Below are positions 11,706 to 23,728 of a stretch of 64,000 bases of DNA, piece by piece. The first letter of the stretch is position 1; the number at the start of each line of letters is the position of its first letter. The notes under the pieces were generated by a model, which saw only the letters and a program-made list of their open reading frames with translations, had not been told where the DNA came from and did not search any database. The stretch spans positions 29,334 to 93,333 of the forward strand of contig CBFDEM010000031.1 of the NCBI GenBank assembly GCA_965603825.1. Reading direction: 5' to 3'. This stretch comes from Blepharisma stoltei ATCC 30299. Lineage: Eukaryota > Protista > Ciliophora. The position numbers and the translations under genes are program-made.

Positions 11706-11933
11706 ATGGATATGTGGCTGATTTACCTTTTTAAAGTATAGGGGAACCCCTATGGACCATGGAGCCCTGAAGAAGATAAAGCTCTAAAGTCTGCAGTGGA
11801 GTTTTATGGAGAAAAGAATTGAAAGGCTATGGCTAATGAGATAGGGCAAAAGTCTCGAAAACAGTACCGTTACAGATATATGATGTTGAAGACAGGGTTT
11901 ATAAAAGGAGCATGGCAGCCTCATAAGATATAA
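11706..11933 (+). pseudogene. Truncated Myb paralogue
   Basis: Same upstream leader as the three downstream Myb genes. The ATG frame hits TAG after 11 codons; one Myb repeat (WSPEEDKALKSAVEFYGEKNW) survives in another frame and ends at TAA. Confidence 0.75.
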
Positions 11934-12312
11934 TTATCCAGTCTGTTTTTAATGCAGAATTACGCACTGTTTTATATTTAAAATTACTAATAGCTCTCCA
12001 GTAGTATAATTAAATATGCCGCCTCAGCTTGCTTTTCATGCAGAGATTTTATATCATCGCTGTACTTTTTTAGGCATAAGGTATTATAGTCTTATTTTAA
12101 TAGGAATTCAATTAATTTTAATTAAATTTAATAAGTTAATTATGCAAAAGCATATCTTATTGATAGAAATTCTTTATTAAATAATATTTCTGCACCTCCA
12201 AATAATTATTTTCTTCAAGACTTGTTATACAAATAAGATTTCTATTGAAGAATACCGTAAAATATTAAATAAAAGGGGGGTCTAAAATAGTAATTAAAGA
12301 AAATATATAAGG

Positions 12313-12957
12313 ATGGATAAGGCATCTGATATACCTGTATTTAAACAAGGGAAATGGAGCCCTGAAGAAGATAAAGCTCTAAAAGATGCAGTGGAGTTTT
12401 ATGAAGAAAAGAATTGGAAGGCTATAGCTAAAGAGCTAGGACAAAGGAGTCCGCTACAGTGCTTTAACAGGTGGTCTCTTATATTGAAGCTAAATCTAAT
12501 AAAAGGACCCTGACAGCCTCACGAAGATAAAACGCTCAGAGAATGAGTTAAGGAGAATGGCCCACATGGCTGACCAAAATGTTCTAGGCAAATTCCAGGG
12601 CGTAATAGCAAGCAATGCCGCAGGCGATATCTTAAAATGCTGAATTCAGACCTTTTCAGAAGCAAGTGGACTCCAGAAGAAGACTCAATTCTTTTTATAA
12701 TGCACAAAAAATACGGCTCCAAATGGTCATTAATTGCTAAATCTCTGCCAAATCGAACTGTTCTTTCTATTAAAAGCCATTTCTATGAGATAAAAAAGAA
12801 ACTACAGAAAAAATTTCCAGAGTTAATTGTCAATGGGAAATTTAAAATCGATTCTATTGTTCCTTATGTACGTTACTCAAATACGCATAAACCTGAAGAA
12901 AATGCATTAAGTGAAGCAAAATATCAGGGAACTGAATGGTTTCGAGACGAAAAGTAA
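12313..12957 (+). CDS. R1R2R3 Myb DNA-binding protein (214 aa)
   Basis: ORFs 12313-12513 and 12637-12957 are in frame; the TGA codons fall at or beside the conserved Myb tryptophans; three repeats. Confidence 0.92.
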
Positions 12958-13150
12958 TATAAGTTGCATTAATTTTAATTAATTTATACTAAGCATTTCA
13001 ATTCATGGGCTATTGATAGAAATCTTAACTAATAATATTTGTACATATTCCAAATAATAAGTTCCTATCAAACCTTTATTCAATTGAAATCCTATTAAAT
13101 AAAAGGGGGATCTTAAAATGACATGTCAAGAAAATATATAAGGATAGCAT

Positions 13151-13804
13151 ATGGCGACTGATACACCTATATTTAGACAAGGAAAATGGAGCCCTGAAGA
13201 AGATAAAGCTCTAAAAACTGCAGTAGAGTATTATGGAGAAGAAAATTGAAACGTTATAGCTAATGAGGTAGAACAAAGAAACGCGAAACAGTGCCGTGAC
13301 AGATATATGACATTGAAGGCAGGGCCAAAAAAAGGACCATGGCAGCCTCATGAAACTGCAAAACTTTTAGAATGGGTTAAGTATGAAGGCCCAACTGAGT
13401 GGCAAAGCTGCGCTTTGCAAATTCCTGGTCGCAGTGCCAGACAATGCTTCGATCGATGACGGAAAACACTGAAACCAGGCATGAGCCAACGTGTCTGGAC
13501 TTCTGAAGAAAACTATATCCTTTTTGAAATGCACAAAAGGTACGGTCCACAATGATCTTTAATTGCCAAATCTCTCAAAGAACGAACAGCTGGTTCTGTT
13601 AGAAAGCACTTTTTCAAAATAACAAAGACACTGGAGAATTATTACACAGCTCCCAAAAGGAAACTTTCTAAAGAATCTATTGTGCCTAAAACACCTCATC
13701 CGAAGAAGTATAATAAAAACAATTTTATTTCCAAAGAAAATACATCAACTGAAGAAGACAAAGCAAAAAGTAAGGTTACTGAATGATTTAAGGCTTTTGT
13801 CTAA
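13151..13804 (+). CDS. R1R2R3 Myb DNA-binding protein (217 aa); absent from the ORF track
   Basis: MATDTPIFRQGKWSPEEDK...; open with UGA=Trp to TAA at 13802-13804. The ATG used by its paralogues is ATA here, so the next ATG is taken as the start. Confidence 0.88.
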
Positions 13805-13859
13805 TGAGCAAGGAATAATAATACGTTTATCCTATTATAATAAGGATTAAATTGATTTT

Positions 13860-14140
13860 AATTAAATTCATTTAACTTATTATTATTAATTAGAAGAATT
13901 GAATTTTAAACATGAATCTATGACTGCCAGGATAAAATTTTGAAAGATTTAGTCACAATTACAATAAACTTGCAACAGGAATTTATAAGTTTCTAGAGTC
14001 TTTTTAACTTTGGGCATATAGCTGCTGGGTATACTGGGATTCTTGTATTTAGGTCATTCTGGATGATGTTAATTATTAGCACGGATTTTTAGAGTGAAAA
14101 CATTTGCAAGGAAATATAAGCCTAATTTATCTAATAAATT
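13860..14140 (+). pseudogene. Chimeric relic: degenerate 5' end of the TMEM209-like gene fused to the 3' end of the MAPEG-like gene
   Basis: About 13860-13966 resembles about 15000-15145 (ATGAA...TGACT.CCA...TTTAGTCACA). About 13975-14140 resembles about 11331-11540 (ACAGGAATTTATA...GCTGCTGGGTATACTGGGATTC). Confidence 0.75.
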
Positions 14141-14325
14141 CATTACGGGCTGAGCATAGCATGCGTTATTGATAGAAAGTCTTAATTGATTAATATTTCT
14201 AAACCTTCAAATAATTAGATTCTGCCAAGCCTTTTAATTCCAATAAGATTTAAATTGAAGATACCTTAAAATTCTATTAAATAGAAGGGGGATCTTAAAA
14301 TTGCAATTAAAGAAAATACATAAGG

Positions 14326-14940
14326 ATGGATCAGGCAATTAGAATACCTGTATTTAAACAAGGGAAATGGAGTCCTGAAGAAGATCAAGCTCTAAAGTCT
14401 GCAGTGGATTATTATGGAGCACAAAATTGAAAGGCAATAGCGGATGAGGTAGGTCAAAGGACTTCACAACAGTGCTTTGACAGGTACAAGAGTTTGAAGC
14501 CAGGGCTAATAAAAGGACCATGGCAGCCATATGAAGATGTTACGCTTAGAGAATGGGTTAAGTATGAAGGCCCAACTGGTTGGTCAAGATGCTCTCTATG
14601 AATTCCTGGACGTAGTGGCAAGCAATGCCGCGAACGATGATCTACGATGTTGAACCCAGGCCTAATCAAGCGCAATTGGACTCGTGAAGAGGAATCCATC
14701 CTTTTTGAAATGTACAAAAAATACGGTAAGCAATGATCATTAATTGCCAAATCTCTTCCAGGCCGTTCAGTCGATTCTGTTAGAAAGCACATATGGGAAA
14801 ATAAAAAGAAGCTGCAGAATCAGCCCCCAGAGCCAGATGAGGAGCTTTCCATAGATCCTGATGTGTCTGATTTACCTCTTAAAAAAATTTTTATTTCTAA
14901 AGAAAATGCATCAGAAAAGCAGGGATTTTAAGACTTCTAA
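14326..14940 (+). CDS. R1R2R3 Myb DNA-binding protein (204 aa); absent from the ORF track
   Basis: MDQAIRIPVFKQGKWSPEED...GRSGKQCRERW (W encoded by TGA); TAA at 14938-14940. Confidence 0.92.
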
Positions 14941-15052
14941 ACATTTATCTGATTAAATATAAGCAATGCCTATTATCCTATTTTAGAGGAAATCTATTAA
15001 TTTTCAATTAAATTCACTCTTTTAAAGCATATTAGAAAAATTAAATTTAAAT

Positions 15053-16264
15053 ATGAACCCCACCCCTCACCCAAAAATCCAAAAAATTCGTGACTACCAA
15101 GAGAAAAACCGCATTATTTTGATAGGTTTAGTCACAGTCACAATTATTTTAGTCACAGATCTTTTGTATCTTGCGCCTAAGAAAGGGTCGATGTTTGGGA
15201 CAAACTTTATGGCACCGTTAACTTTAGCTTGTGTAGTCATGACTGGGGCTATGACTATAAAATACATAAACAGCGACTTAGAAGCCAATAAAGCAATAAA
15301 TTCAATAAACTACGCACAAATTCACTATGAAAATAAAGAAATCATAGAAAATCAAGAGCAGGTTATTATAAGTCATTCACAGGTCGTAGAGGAATGAATG
15401 AAAAAGAAAGGGATTGATATGAAAATCAGACAGTGGATTATGAATGTCAGACAATGGTACTCAAAAGAGCTGATTCCTTATATACTGAATTCTAATGTGG
15501 AAAATATCATGCAATTGAATAAATTATTAAAAGAATTCACCAAAAAATGCGAAAAACACTGGATTTATGAAGGGTCTTTTGATGATATAAAAGGCTTTGA
15601 ACTTACACATGACGAAAAAACTGTCTATAAAAGGGTCAGTATAAGGGATATTCAGGACTTGATAAAAGACCTGAAATTCAATTATACACTGGATTTAGAG
15701 CTTTCGAAAAAGGAGTCAGCAATCCCAGGTGACTCCAGCAAAGAAGAAGCTTTAAAAAGACTCCAGCTTGCTGACATAGTCCGCCAACGGCTACTTTTAG
15801 ACAATTTTTTTGAAATTCCAACCTTTAACTGTCGGAATTTCGTAATTTCTCGGCTTTATACCTTGTCAAGCACTTTATCTCTAAAAGACTACCAAGCTTC
15901 CCCAGCAGTTTCTGACAACTCGTGGACCTCCCGCAAGCCAAGCGACCCTCAAATCCTTTCCCACCTTTTCTTCCGCCTCTTAAACAACCTTAACAACCCT
16001 ACAGTTGACCCTAATTTTAATATGTTTTCTGAAATAGTGACTGAAGCTCCCCCTAGCTCAATGCACATCTCCAAAGTCCTTTTTTACCAAACCTCACGAA
16101 TCCCTACCTTTGAAATCTTATCAGGGAGTGAAATTTGAACCCCTCACAAAGACTCAGACAACCTTTTCAGCGCAATAGCACTTTTCTTATATCATGTACA
16201 GCAAAAAAATAATGGTTATTTCTATAGTATGGACTGTAGAGACTTCTTTAAGTTAATATATTAA
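15053..16264 (+). CDS. TMEM209-like nuclear-envelope protein (403 aa)
   Basis: Two ORFs joined by TGA and extended through a second TGA to TAA at 16262. Two N-terminal TM helices; the C-terminal W...PSDPQILSHLF and DNLFSAIALFLY...G segments resemble the TMEM209 conserved domain. Confidence 0.65.
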
Positions 16265-16288
16265 TTTCAAATTAAGAATAAAGGTTAT

Positions 16289-17215
16289 TTAAATTCCCCA
16301 TCCAAGAAGTAAGCGGATTCCTTCTCCAAGGTTGTGGCCACATTCATAAGGGCTTTCGCACTTTCCATTTCCAAGTGACAAGAAGTCGTTGTTAATAGTG
16401 GAAAAGCTCTGTAAATAGTTAGTGACTACTTGGTTAGTTCCGCTTTGAGTTCCAAGTCCTTTAAGAATTGCAATTAAAGCTGTATAGTTGCAGTCAGCGT
16501 TCCAGCTGAAAATTTCATCTTCAATCTTAACGACCAAGTTAAGCATAGTATGGAGGACGAAAATGTCGCCACCTTCAAGCTTTTTGATATAGTTGGAAAT
16601 TTGGGTGAACTGAGGTTCAAGTCCAGTGAAGTCAGCCACACATTTGGAGACTCCGTTCTTGGCAAGCCCAGCCAATAAGCCGTTGAAGAAGTCATAGTTA
16701 GGAGTTGGGTTGGCTCCAGCTGTAAGGGTCCAGCCTACCAAAAGTTGGATTGCGTTACCTAAGGATTGGCCACAGACTGCATAATCAGCACTGCAAGCGG
16801 TCAGGACTTTCATGTCAGCGTGGATTTCTGAGGAGTGCTTGAAATAGTTGGTCATTAAGATGGAAAGGCCAGTGCTTGGGTTCAAGATTTGGATAAGTTG
16901 CTTTTCTAAGGCTTCAAGGTTGCAGGCTGGTGCGATCTGGTGGAGGCTGCTGGCAAAGGCTTTGAGATTTGTAATGAGGGTCTGGGTGTCTTCAAAGTTG
17001 AAATGAAGAATGCTTTGGAAGTTAGAAACGATTTCTTGGACCAAAGCAGATTCTGAGTTGAGTTGGGTTTGGCAGGTCCCTTCAATTTCTGGATTTGCTT
17101 GAAGACCTGAAAGTAATCCTTTAACAAAGTTTAGAGCGTCAGCTGGGGTTGGCTCTGAGTGTACAGCGGCAGATAGGCATGCAAGCCCGAGGAAAACAAA
17201 GAGCATTCGCTGCAT
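16289..17215 (-). CDS. Secreted helical protein with two Cys-containing internal repeats (308 aa)
   Basis: Signal peptide; both halves follow FxxGLLxGL...C...CN...NY...C...CGxxLGxxIxLLxGW. Confidence 0.85.
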   Translation of the reverse strand: MQRMLFVFLGLACLSAAVHSEPTPADALNFVKGLLSGLQANPEIEGTCQTQLNSESALVQEIVSNFQSILHFNFEDTQTLITNLKAFASSLHQIAPACNLEALEKQLIQILNPSTGLSILMTNYFKHSSEIHADMKVLTACSADYAVCGQSLGNAIQLLVGWTLTAGANPTPNYDFFNGLLAGLAKNGVSKCVADFTGLEPQFTQISNYIKKLEGGDIFVLHTMLNLVVKIEDEIFSWNADCNYTALIAILKGLGTQSGTNQVVTNYLQSFSTINNDFLSLGNGKCESPYECGHNLGEGIRLLLGWGI

Positions 17216-17545
17216 TATATAATTATTTCACCATAATTTTGGCATAAATTTAAGGACTTTTATAATGATGAAAAAGAAAAGAGGAGAGAAAATGCGACTT
17301 AAGTGGATTAATTTTAGTTTAAATAGAGATATAACTAATCATTATGAAATAACTAAAAACCAACGGTTAAATATGTTGAGAAAGGATACAGATCATGTTT
17401 TTGCTGGCATTTTCTTAGCTGGCTCTATAAAAATCACGATATTTAACATAATATAGGCTTCTCCAATTTCTTGTGGTATTAATGAAAACTCTCTTAAATA
17501 AACCAATTTAAGAATAATAAATCTGTTATTGACTTCATATACAAA

Positions 17546-18811
17546 TTAAGAAATTTCTAAATCTTCGTCACTATCCGCATCCCTCGAAATAATCATTCTT
17601 CCTGGGATGTGCAATTGCCTTGCATACTCAATTTTCGCCCTCTCGTACTCATCTCTTTTATCCTGAAAATGATAAAGCAAAATTTCATTATAAATCAAGT
17701 CCTTTGTGTCCCTCATCGTCAGCAGCTGCCTTTCAAACTCAAAGTCAAACAGCGAGACTGGCTCTCGGACTGGCTCATCTTCTGGGTAATGCAAAGCTAC
17801 CAGATAAGGGTGGGACAAGGCTTCTTCTATAGTAATTCTTCGCGCTGGGTTGAAAACCAGCATTTTCTTCAGCAAATCCATCGCATTCGGATTTGCTGTC
17901 CTAAAAATGGTCTCAAAAGCACGTGCTGGCCTTCTCGCCATTCTCATCACCTTGTCTCTAGCCTTAGTCGTAGGAATGCACTGGATATCTTCGTCTGTCG
18001 GGGTACCGATAAGGTTAAAACTCAGCTCAAGCTGGTGATTTGCATCATTTCCAGGCAAGATCGGCTTTCTATGCAAAAGCTCTCCAAAAATGCACCCAAC
18101 ACTTCACATATCCAGCGCCGTCGTATATTTCTTGAACGTCAAAAGTAGCTCAGGAGCCCTATACCACCTTGTTGCCACATAATCAGTCATCTGAGTCGAG
18201 TTTATTTTCAGTTCTTTTATATAAGGCCTTGCTAGTCCAAAATCACAAATTTTCAAGTCACAATTGGAATTTACCAATAAATTCCTAGGCTTTAAGTCTC
18301 TATGTATAATCCCTGCGCTGTGCATATACTTCATTCCTCTAAGAAGCTGATATAAAAAGAATTGGCAGTGGTCATCAGATAAATGCTGAGGAGATTTTAT
18401 AATTGAGCTTAGATCTGTCTGCAGCAGCTCGTTTACGACATAAATTTCGTCAAAGTCTTCTCGGGAGACAGGCAGCTGAATGGTGCGTATCCTCATTATG
18501 TTTTCGTGCTCTAACAAGCGGAGGATGATGAGTTCTCGTAAGGTTCGCTTGGCAAAGGTCGTGTGTTCAAAGGCTTTTTCGATTTTTTTTATTGCCACCA
18601 TTTCGCCGGTATGGGTGTCTCGGGCTGAAACTACAACGCCGTAGGCACCACTGCCTAAAGTGTCGAGAATTTCGTAGCGGGAGTCAAGGGAGAAGGTGGC
18701 GCCTATTACTCTGGTGATGCGCTTGTTAATGGCACAGGGTCCTCCAAGCTGAGATACGGAGTATGGGCCACGTACCGTTTCTTTGGAGGCTTGCTTGGGT
18801 TTAAGTTCCAT
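17546..18811 (-). CDS. Mitogen-activated protein kinase, TDY type (421 aa)
   Basis: GSGAYG, VAIKK, HRDLKPRN, DFG and TDYVATRWYRAPE motifs. The TGA at 18104 supplies the invariant W of DMWSVGC. Confidence 0.96.
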
Positions 18812-19188
18812 ATTATAGGAAAACCATTCTTTGGAAAATTTAAAATGATGAGCTCAGATGGGAAGGAGAAAGAGAAAAGATAGGTAAAGGGGGGAGAGAT
18901 GGAGGAATCGGGACTGCTGGAGGTTTTAGATATGAATAAATTCAAAAAAATCATTATTAGCAAGAAATGCATATATATGATTAAAGATAATTGAAAAAGA
19001 GAGGTTTTGGTATATATTTAAAAAAGAAGCAAGCTAAAAGTTTGTGATTGTAATAAAGTAGAAAGCTATTTTAGTAATAATAAAATGCATTTTCAATTAA
19101 ACTAACAATGCCTTTTTTAAAAAAAATTATTATTAAGAACTAGATTGTATTTAAAAGCTAAAATTAGATTATTACTACCAAGAAGGCT

Positions 19189-22100
19189 TTATTTTCTTTG
19201 TTGTATCCATGGATTTGAACTCTGTTGTGACCCACTTTGCTGGTTAGACATAAAAGCTCCAAATGGCTGCTGCACTGCTGGATTAGGCTGCTGCCCAGCT
19301 TGTTGTGCAAAAGATCCAAATGATACTGGCTGTCCTGGATTCCCAAAGGTTTTATTACCTAAATTTACCGTTGGAAATGACGAAGGTGCAAATGAAGTGG
19401 ACCCAAACCCTGACTGCCCAAAAGTTGGCATAACTGGAGCAGGCTGAGAGTTAAGTGCAAGCGACATTAAAGAATTTGGAGCTGGCTGACTGCTTGGGAT
19501 AAAAGGGCTAGGATTTGTTGGCTTTGGAGCTGTAAACGTATTTTGGGCTGCCACAAAGAACGAATTTTGGGCTGGTGGCTGTGCAGGATTTGTAGGCTGG
19601 GTGCCAAGTATAGAGCTTGTAGAAAATGGTTTTTCCGGGCTTAGTAAGGACGGATTGACTGCATTAGGAGGTTTCTGAGGGTTAAGGATTGATTGGGATA
19701 GAGGAGCTGTTAATAAAGGTTTTTGAGGTGTTGTCAATGAATTTTGAAGAGGATTTGATGGAAAAGACTGCTGAGAAGGCTTAGCTGCCTGAGATGTTGG
19801 GTTAACAAAGAACCCAGAGCTTGCAGGCTTTGGAGGCTCTACTTTCTCAGCTGGCTTTGGAGGGTTGGTTGAAAAAGCTGGAACAGTTGTAGGCTGTGGC
19901 TGAAGTTTTTGAGGTGCAAAAGGCTGGCTAGATTGAACTGATTGTGTTGGAGGATTCGGAGCTGAATCAACTTGAAGACTTGCTTGCATTGGCTGCTGCA
20001 CTTTAGGGGGCTCTACCTGTACTTTTGGTTCTGGCTTTTTAAAAGCTACTTCCATTATATGTTCTATAGACTTCTTTTTAGTCGAAATTATTGGACTTTC
20101 TGCTGCTTTCTCTTTAATAGTATCAAATTTGATAACTTCGCTAGGCAGTTTTTTATCAGGCTGCCTCACAGCATTTTGCTGTGGAGTTGCCAAGCTTTGC
20201 CTCGGTTTTTCTATTCTAGACTGTATAATCTGTGGCTTAATTCAGTCTTTAAACCTCCTCTGCTGTTCCGCTGGGTCTCTAAAATCTATTTTTTCTTCTA
20301 TATTTTCTTCTTTTTCTTCTTCATCACTATTTTCTACATCGTCAAAGGCGAACCTTTTTTGCTGAGAAGGTCTCAGCGCTCTGCCTAAGCCCCTCACCTT
20401 TAAATCCAGCTCACTTATAACCCTACTGGCCTGTTCTATTCTTGACACTATTAAATTATCAATAATTTCTTTCGGATATTTCACAGTTTTTTGCTTTGTA
20501 TTTGGGATATGTTTTCTGGTAACTCTCAGCATGTTTGTGCTTTCGTCAGTTTTCACCCCGAGCTGATTCCTTTGGGATCTTATCATTTTGATGATTTTTT
20601 CAAGCCCAACCTTAAAATAATGCTCAAAAGTGGTAGTTCGGCATTCAAATTCTTCAATAGACCGGATAAGTCTTGGGTCAATGTCCCCTTCATCTAGGTC
20701 ATTTTTGACTTCTAGCTGGGTTTTGGCCATCTCGAAAATGTTTTTTACAGCGTCAGCGTCAATTTTGTTTTCTATGTGGGAGGCAGTTAGGTCGTCTAAT
20801 TTTTGACTGAGGGTGAAAATTTTTTGTTTGCTGAGGTTGATTATTTTTTGGGAGTCGGAGATGATGGATTTTATGTCGGAGAGGACGGAGTCGTTGATTT
20901 GTTGGGATTCGAGCTGGGAGAAAGAAGTGGAGGTCTCTTGGATGGTGATTTGGAGGAAATTTATGAGTTTTTCTTTTTCTTGTTTGAGGATGGTGGTGTC
21001 AGCTGGCTTGGGGGGTTCTGATTGCTTCAAAGGTTCGGGCTGTTTTAAGGGTTCTGGCTGCTTTAAAGGGAGTTGAGCTGTTTTAGTATCTTCAGGCTTT
21101 GGCTGGGCTGGGAAGACAGCAGATGGTTTTGTAGGTTCTTCGGCCTTAGGCTGAGGCGGCTGAGCATCAAATAGCTTTTTGGTAGCTTCTTCTGGCTTTG
21201 GTTGAGAAATCAAAGAAGTACCAAATGGAGATTGACCTTGATTTGCAGTCTTTGAAGATTCTTCAGTTTTTACCTGTGAAAAGCTAGTTTGCAAACTTGA
21301 TAGAGAAAAAGGATTTTGAGCAGTGCTTTTGGATTCTTCAGGCTTCTGGATGAAGAACGGGTTTTGGCTAGTTGTCTTTGCAGCTGCTTCTGATTTGGGC
21401 TGGAAAGGATTTTCTTTTTTTTCTTCTGAGACTTTGAATGCATCTGCTTTTATTTCTGGTTTTGAGGGGATAAAAGAGCTAGCTTGAGGGCCTAAAGAGG
21501 CGCTAAAAGGATTTGAAGCTTTAGGATCAGCGGATATAGGCAAGTCTAGTGGTTTTTGTGTAAGTTTTGATAGCCCAGAGGTTATTTCTCCAGATTTTTT
21601 GCTTTCTTCTGTTAATCCAGTAGTCTGGGCAGGCTGAGTTTTTTCCTCAGGTTTCTGAAATGGGTTAAACAATCCTGTTTGGCCAAACGGTGACACTGCA
21701 TCCAGCTTTTTTTGCGGTTCTGCTGATGAATCTATCGGTTTAGGGTTAAATAAGTTCGTCTCAGTCTTTATTTCTTCTCTTTTCACATCAGCTGTCTTTG
21801 CTATACTTTTCTGCTCTTCAGTTTTCCCTTTATTATCTACTTTTCCTTCCTCTTCGTCATCACTTATATCTTTCAGATTTCTTCCTTCTTTGATTAAATT
21901 CTCATTTAAATACTCAGCCCTCAAATCAATGTATTTTTTCAAGTAAATTTTCCCATCACTTCCTATAAACACAATCATTGGCGGATAACAAATCTTAAAG
22001 TCTTCATCTTTTATAGTAAACTCAAATATCTCACTGTGAGGCTTGAAATTTGTAACCAGTCCAAAGCCTCTCATAATGTGCTCAGTATCTTTAGACTCTT

Positions 22101-23028
22101 CCCATAAAACTTTGCCTTTCCATTGTGCAATTTCGTCTCATAAGTAAATCCTAGAATCCTCCCCAATATTGTACATAATACTTGCTTGGCTTGATCCAGA
22201 TGATGACAAAATCAGAGTATTTCTGCTCGAAATATAGTCAAAATAAGCTACAATTGGCTTGCTTGGCATTTCATTGTACTCATCAGGCAGTGAATAAGGC
22301 ATTAAATCAGTATCACTTTGCTCGCCTAAGAGAGCTAAAGGATCTAATGAATAAACCTGCACTATAGCATTTTCTCCTCTGAAGCCAAAAATTACTATCA
22401 TTTTATTCCCTATTTCCTTAATTCCAAAAGGCACTACCTCTTCCAGCGGATGCTGGACTAAAATTTTCCCTGTCTTATTATCTATAATAATAACCCCCAT
22501 TTCTCCACAAGCCACACACTGTCTATCTCTGCTTTTCAAAAATCCAAAACACTTGATTTTTTCATGCCCACTTATAAGTTTGTCCTTCAAATATATATCT
22601 AGACACCCATTTTCCTGTAAAACCCCTAACATTTTTCTATTCCATTCTATTCACCTTATAGGACTTTGTGTTGTTATTACTTGGTAGCTCTGTGCGGTAT
22701 TTCTTATCCATTTCCTAGTCCCTAATATATGTAGCTTATTCCTACAAGCGACAGCTAACAAGCTGCCAGTCTCATTGGCCGCCACTAGGTTTATGATTTC
22801 TGGGAAATCTTTTTCAAAGAACTGAGGCGGCTCAGTCCCTTTTATATAGTCTTCTAAAAATCGTGTTGGGATAAGCACAATTTTTGAGTCTTTTGCTATA
22901 ACGATAAAGCCAGAGAAGTTGCAGACTGCAATAAGTTGAGAAAAATGAGGCTCTAGTCTAGGAGTACAAAAGGTGCCTTCAGCCTTGACAACATCTTCGA
23001 AATAGCATCATTCGTCACTTGGATCCAT
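19189..23028 (-). CDS. Probable FG-nucleoporin, Nup214/Nup159-like (1279 aa)
   Basis: Four ORF-track pieces lie in one frame, separated only by TGA. Architecture: beta-propeller-like N-terminus, NPF/PFG-rich linker, coiled coil, C-terminal FG repeats (TFGQSGFG, SFGSFAQQ, PFGAF). Confidence 0.65.
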
Positions 23029-23042
23029 TTTATTATAAGCAA

Positions 23043-23666
23043 TTAAAATTTATATTTTTTATTGAACTTCACTTTTTTCATAGATCTTTGAGATGCTTCT
23101 TCACGATTAAGCTCATTATCTAGTCGATGAACTTCACTTAGAAGCATGCTGCTCAGCTGAACAGCTTCTTCTAATGCTTTTTTGGTTTTTTTATTTTTTT
23201 CTTTAAGTTTTTCGCAGTTTTTGCACTCGATTTTTCCTTTTTTGTAGGCATCTAGTTCTTCTTCTAACTGCATCCTGGTGAGTTCTGATTTTGCACACTC
23301 TTTTTTAAGGGTTTGGTATTTCCGTTTTAAATCATTTTGAATCCTAGAACCGTCAGGCCACTGTCCAAGATCCAGATAGTTCTTATGAAAATCCCCAACA
23401 TTTCTGAGACGTGAGGACGCAGGCAATAATGAACCGTCATCAATTGAATTCCCAACTGAGCTTGATTCCATGTCCTGTGCCAATGTTTTATTGCTAAAAA
23501 GGAGTGGGGATTGCTCTTCTTTATTGTCAAATAAGCTTGTTTTGAATTGTGAAACAAGTGAAGCTTTAAGTGAAGGAGCAGTGTTGAGGTAAAAAAATCT
23601 ACCGTCTACTTCTTCAAAAGAAATGCTTTGGTTGATAGGGTCTGTAAGTGTCTTTTCAGCGTCCAT
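23043..23666 (-). CDS. Hypothetical coiled-coil protein with a CxxC motif
   Basis: ORF ends in TAA; the second ATG (MDAEKT, 23666), which follows an AT-rich leader, is the likelier start. Confidence 0.7.
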   Translation of the reverse strand: MDAEKTLTDPINQSISFEEVDGRFFYLNTAPSLKASLVSQFKTSLFDNKEEQSPLLFSNKTLAQDMESSSVGNSIDDGSLLPASSRLRNVGDFHKNYLDLGQWPDGSRIQNDLKRKYQTLKKECAKSELTRMQLEEELDAYKKGKIECKNCEKLKEKNKKTKKALEEAVQLSSMLLSEVHRLDNELNREEASQRSMKKVKFNKKYKF

Positions 23667-23728
23667 ATTAAATTTTATAACTTTACAGGAGTTATATATT
23701 AACTCAAAAATCATATTTTGGGAGGAAT

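Noticed and set aside
15053-23028. Functional clustering of two nuclear-pore genes (TMEM209-like and Nup214-like)
   Set aside because: They are separated by unrelated genes and both calls are moderate; coincidence is sufficient.
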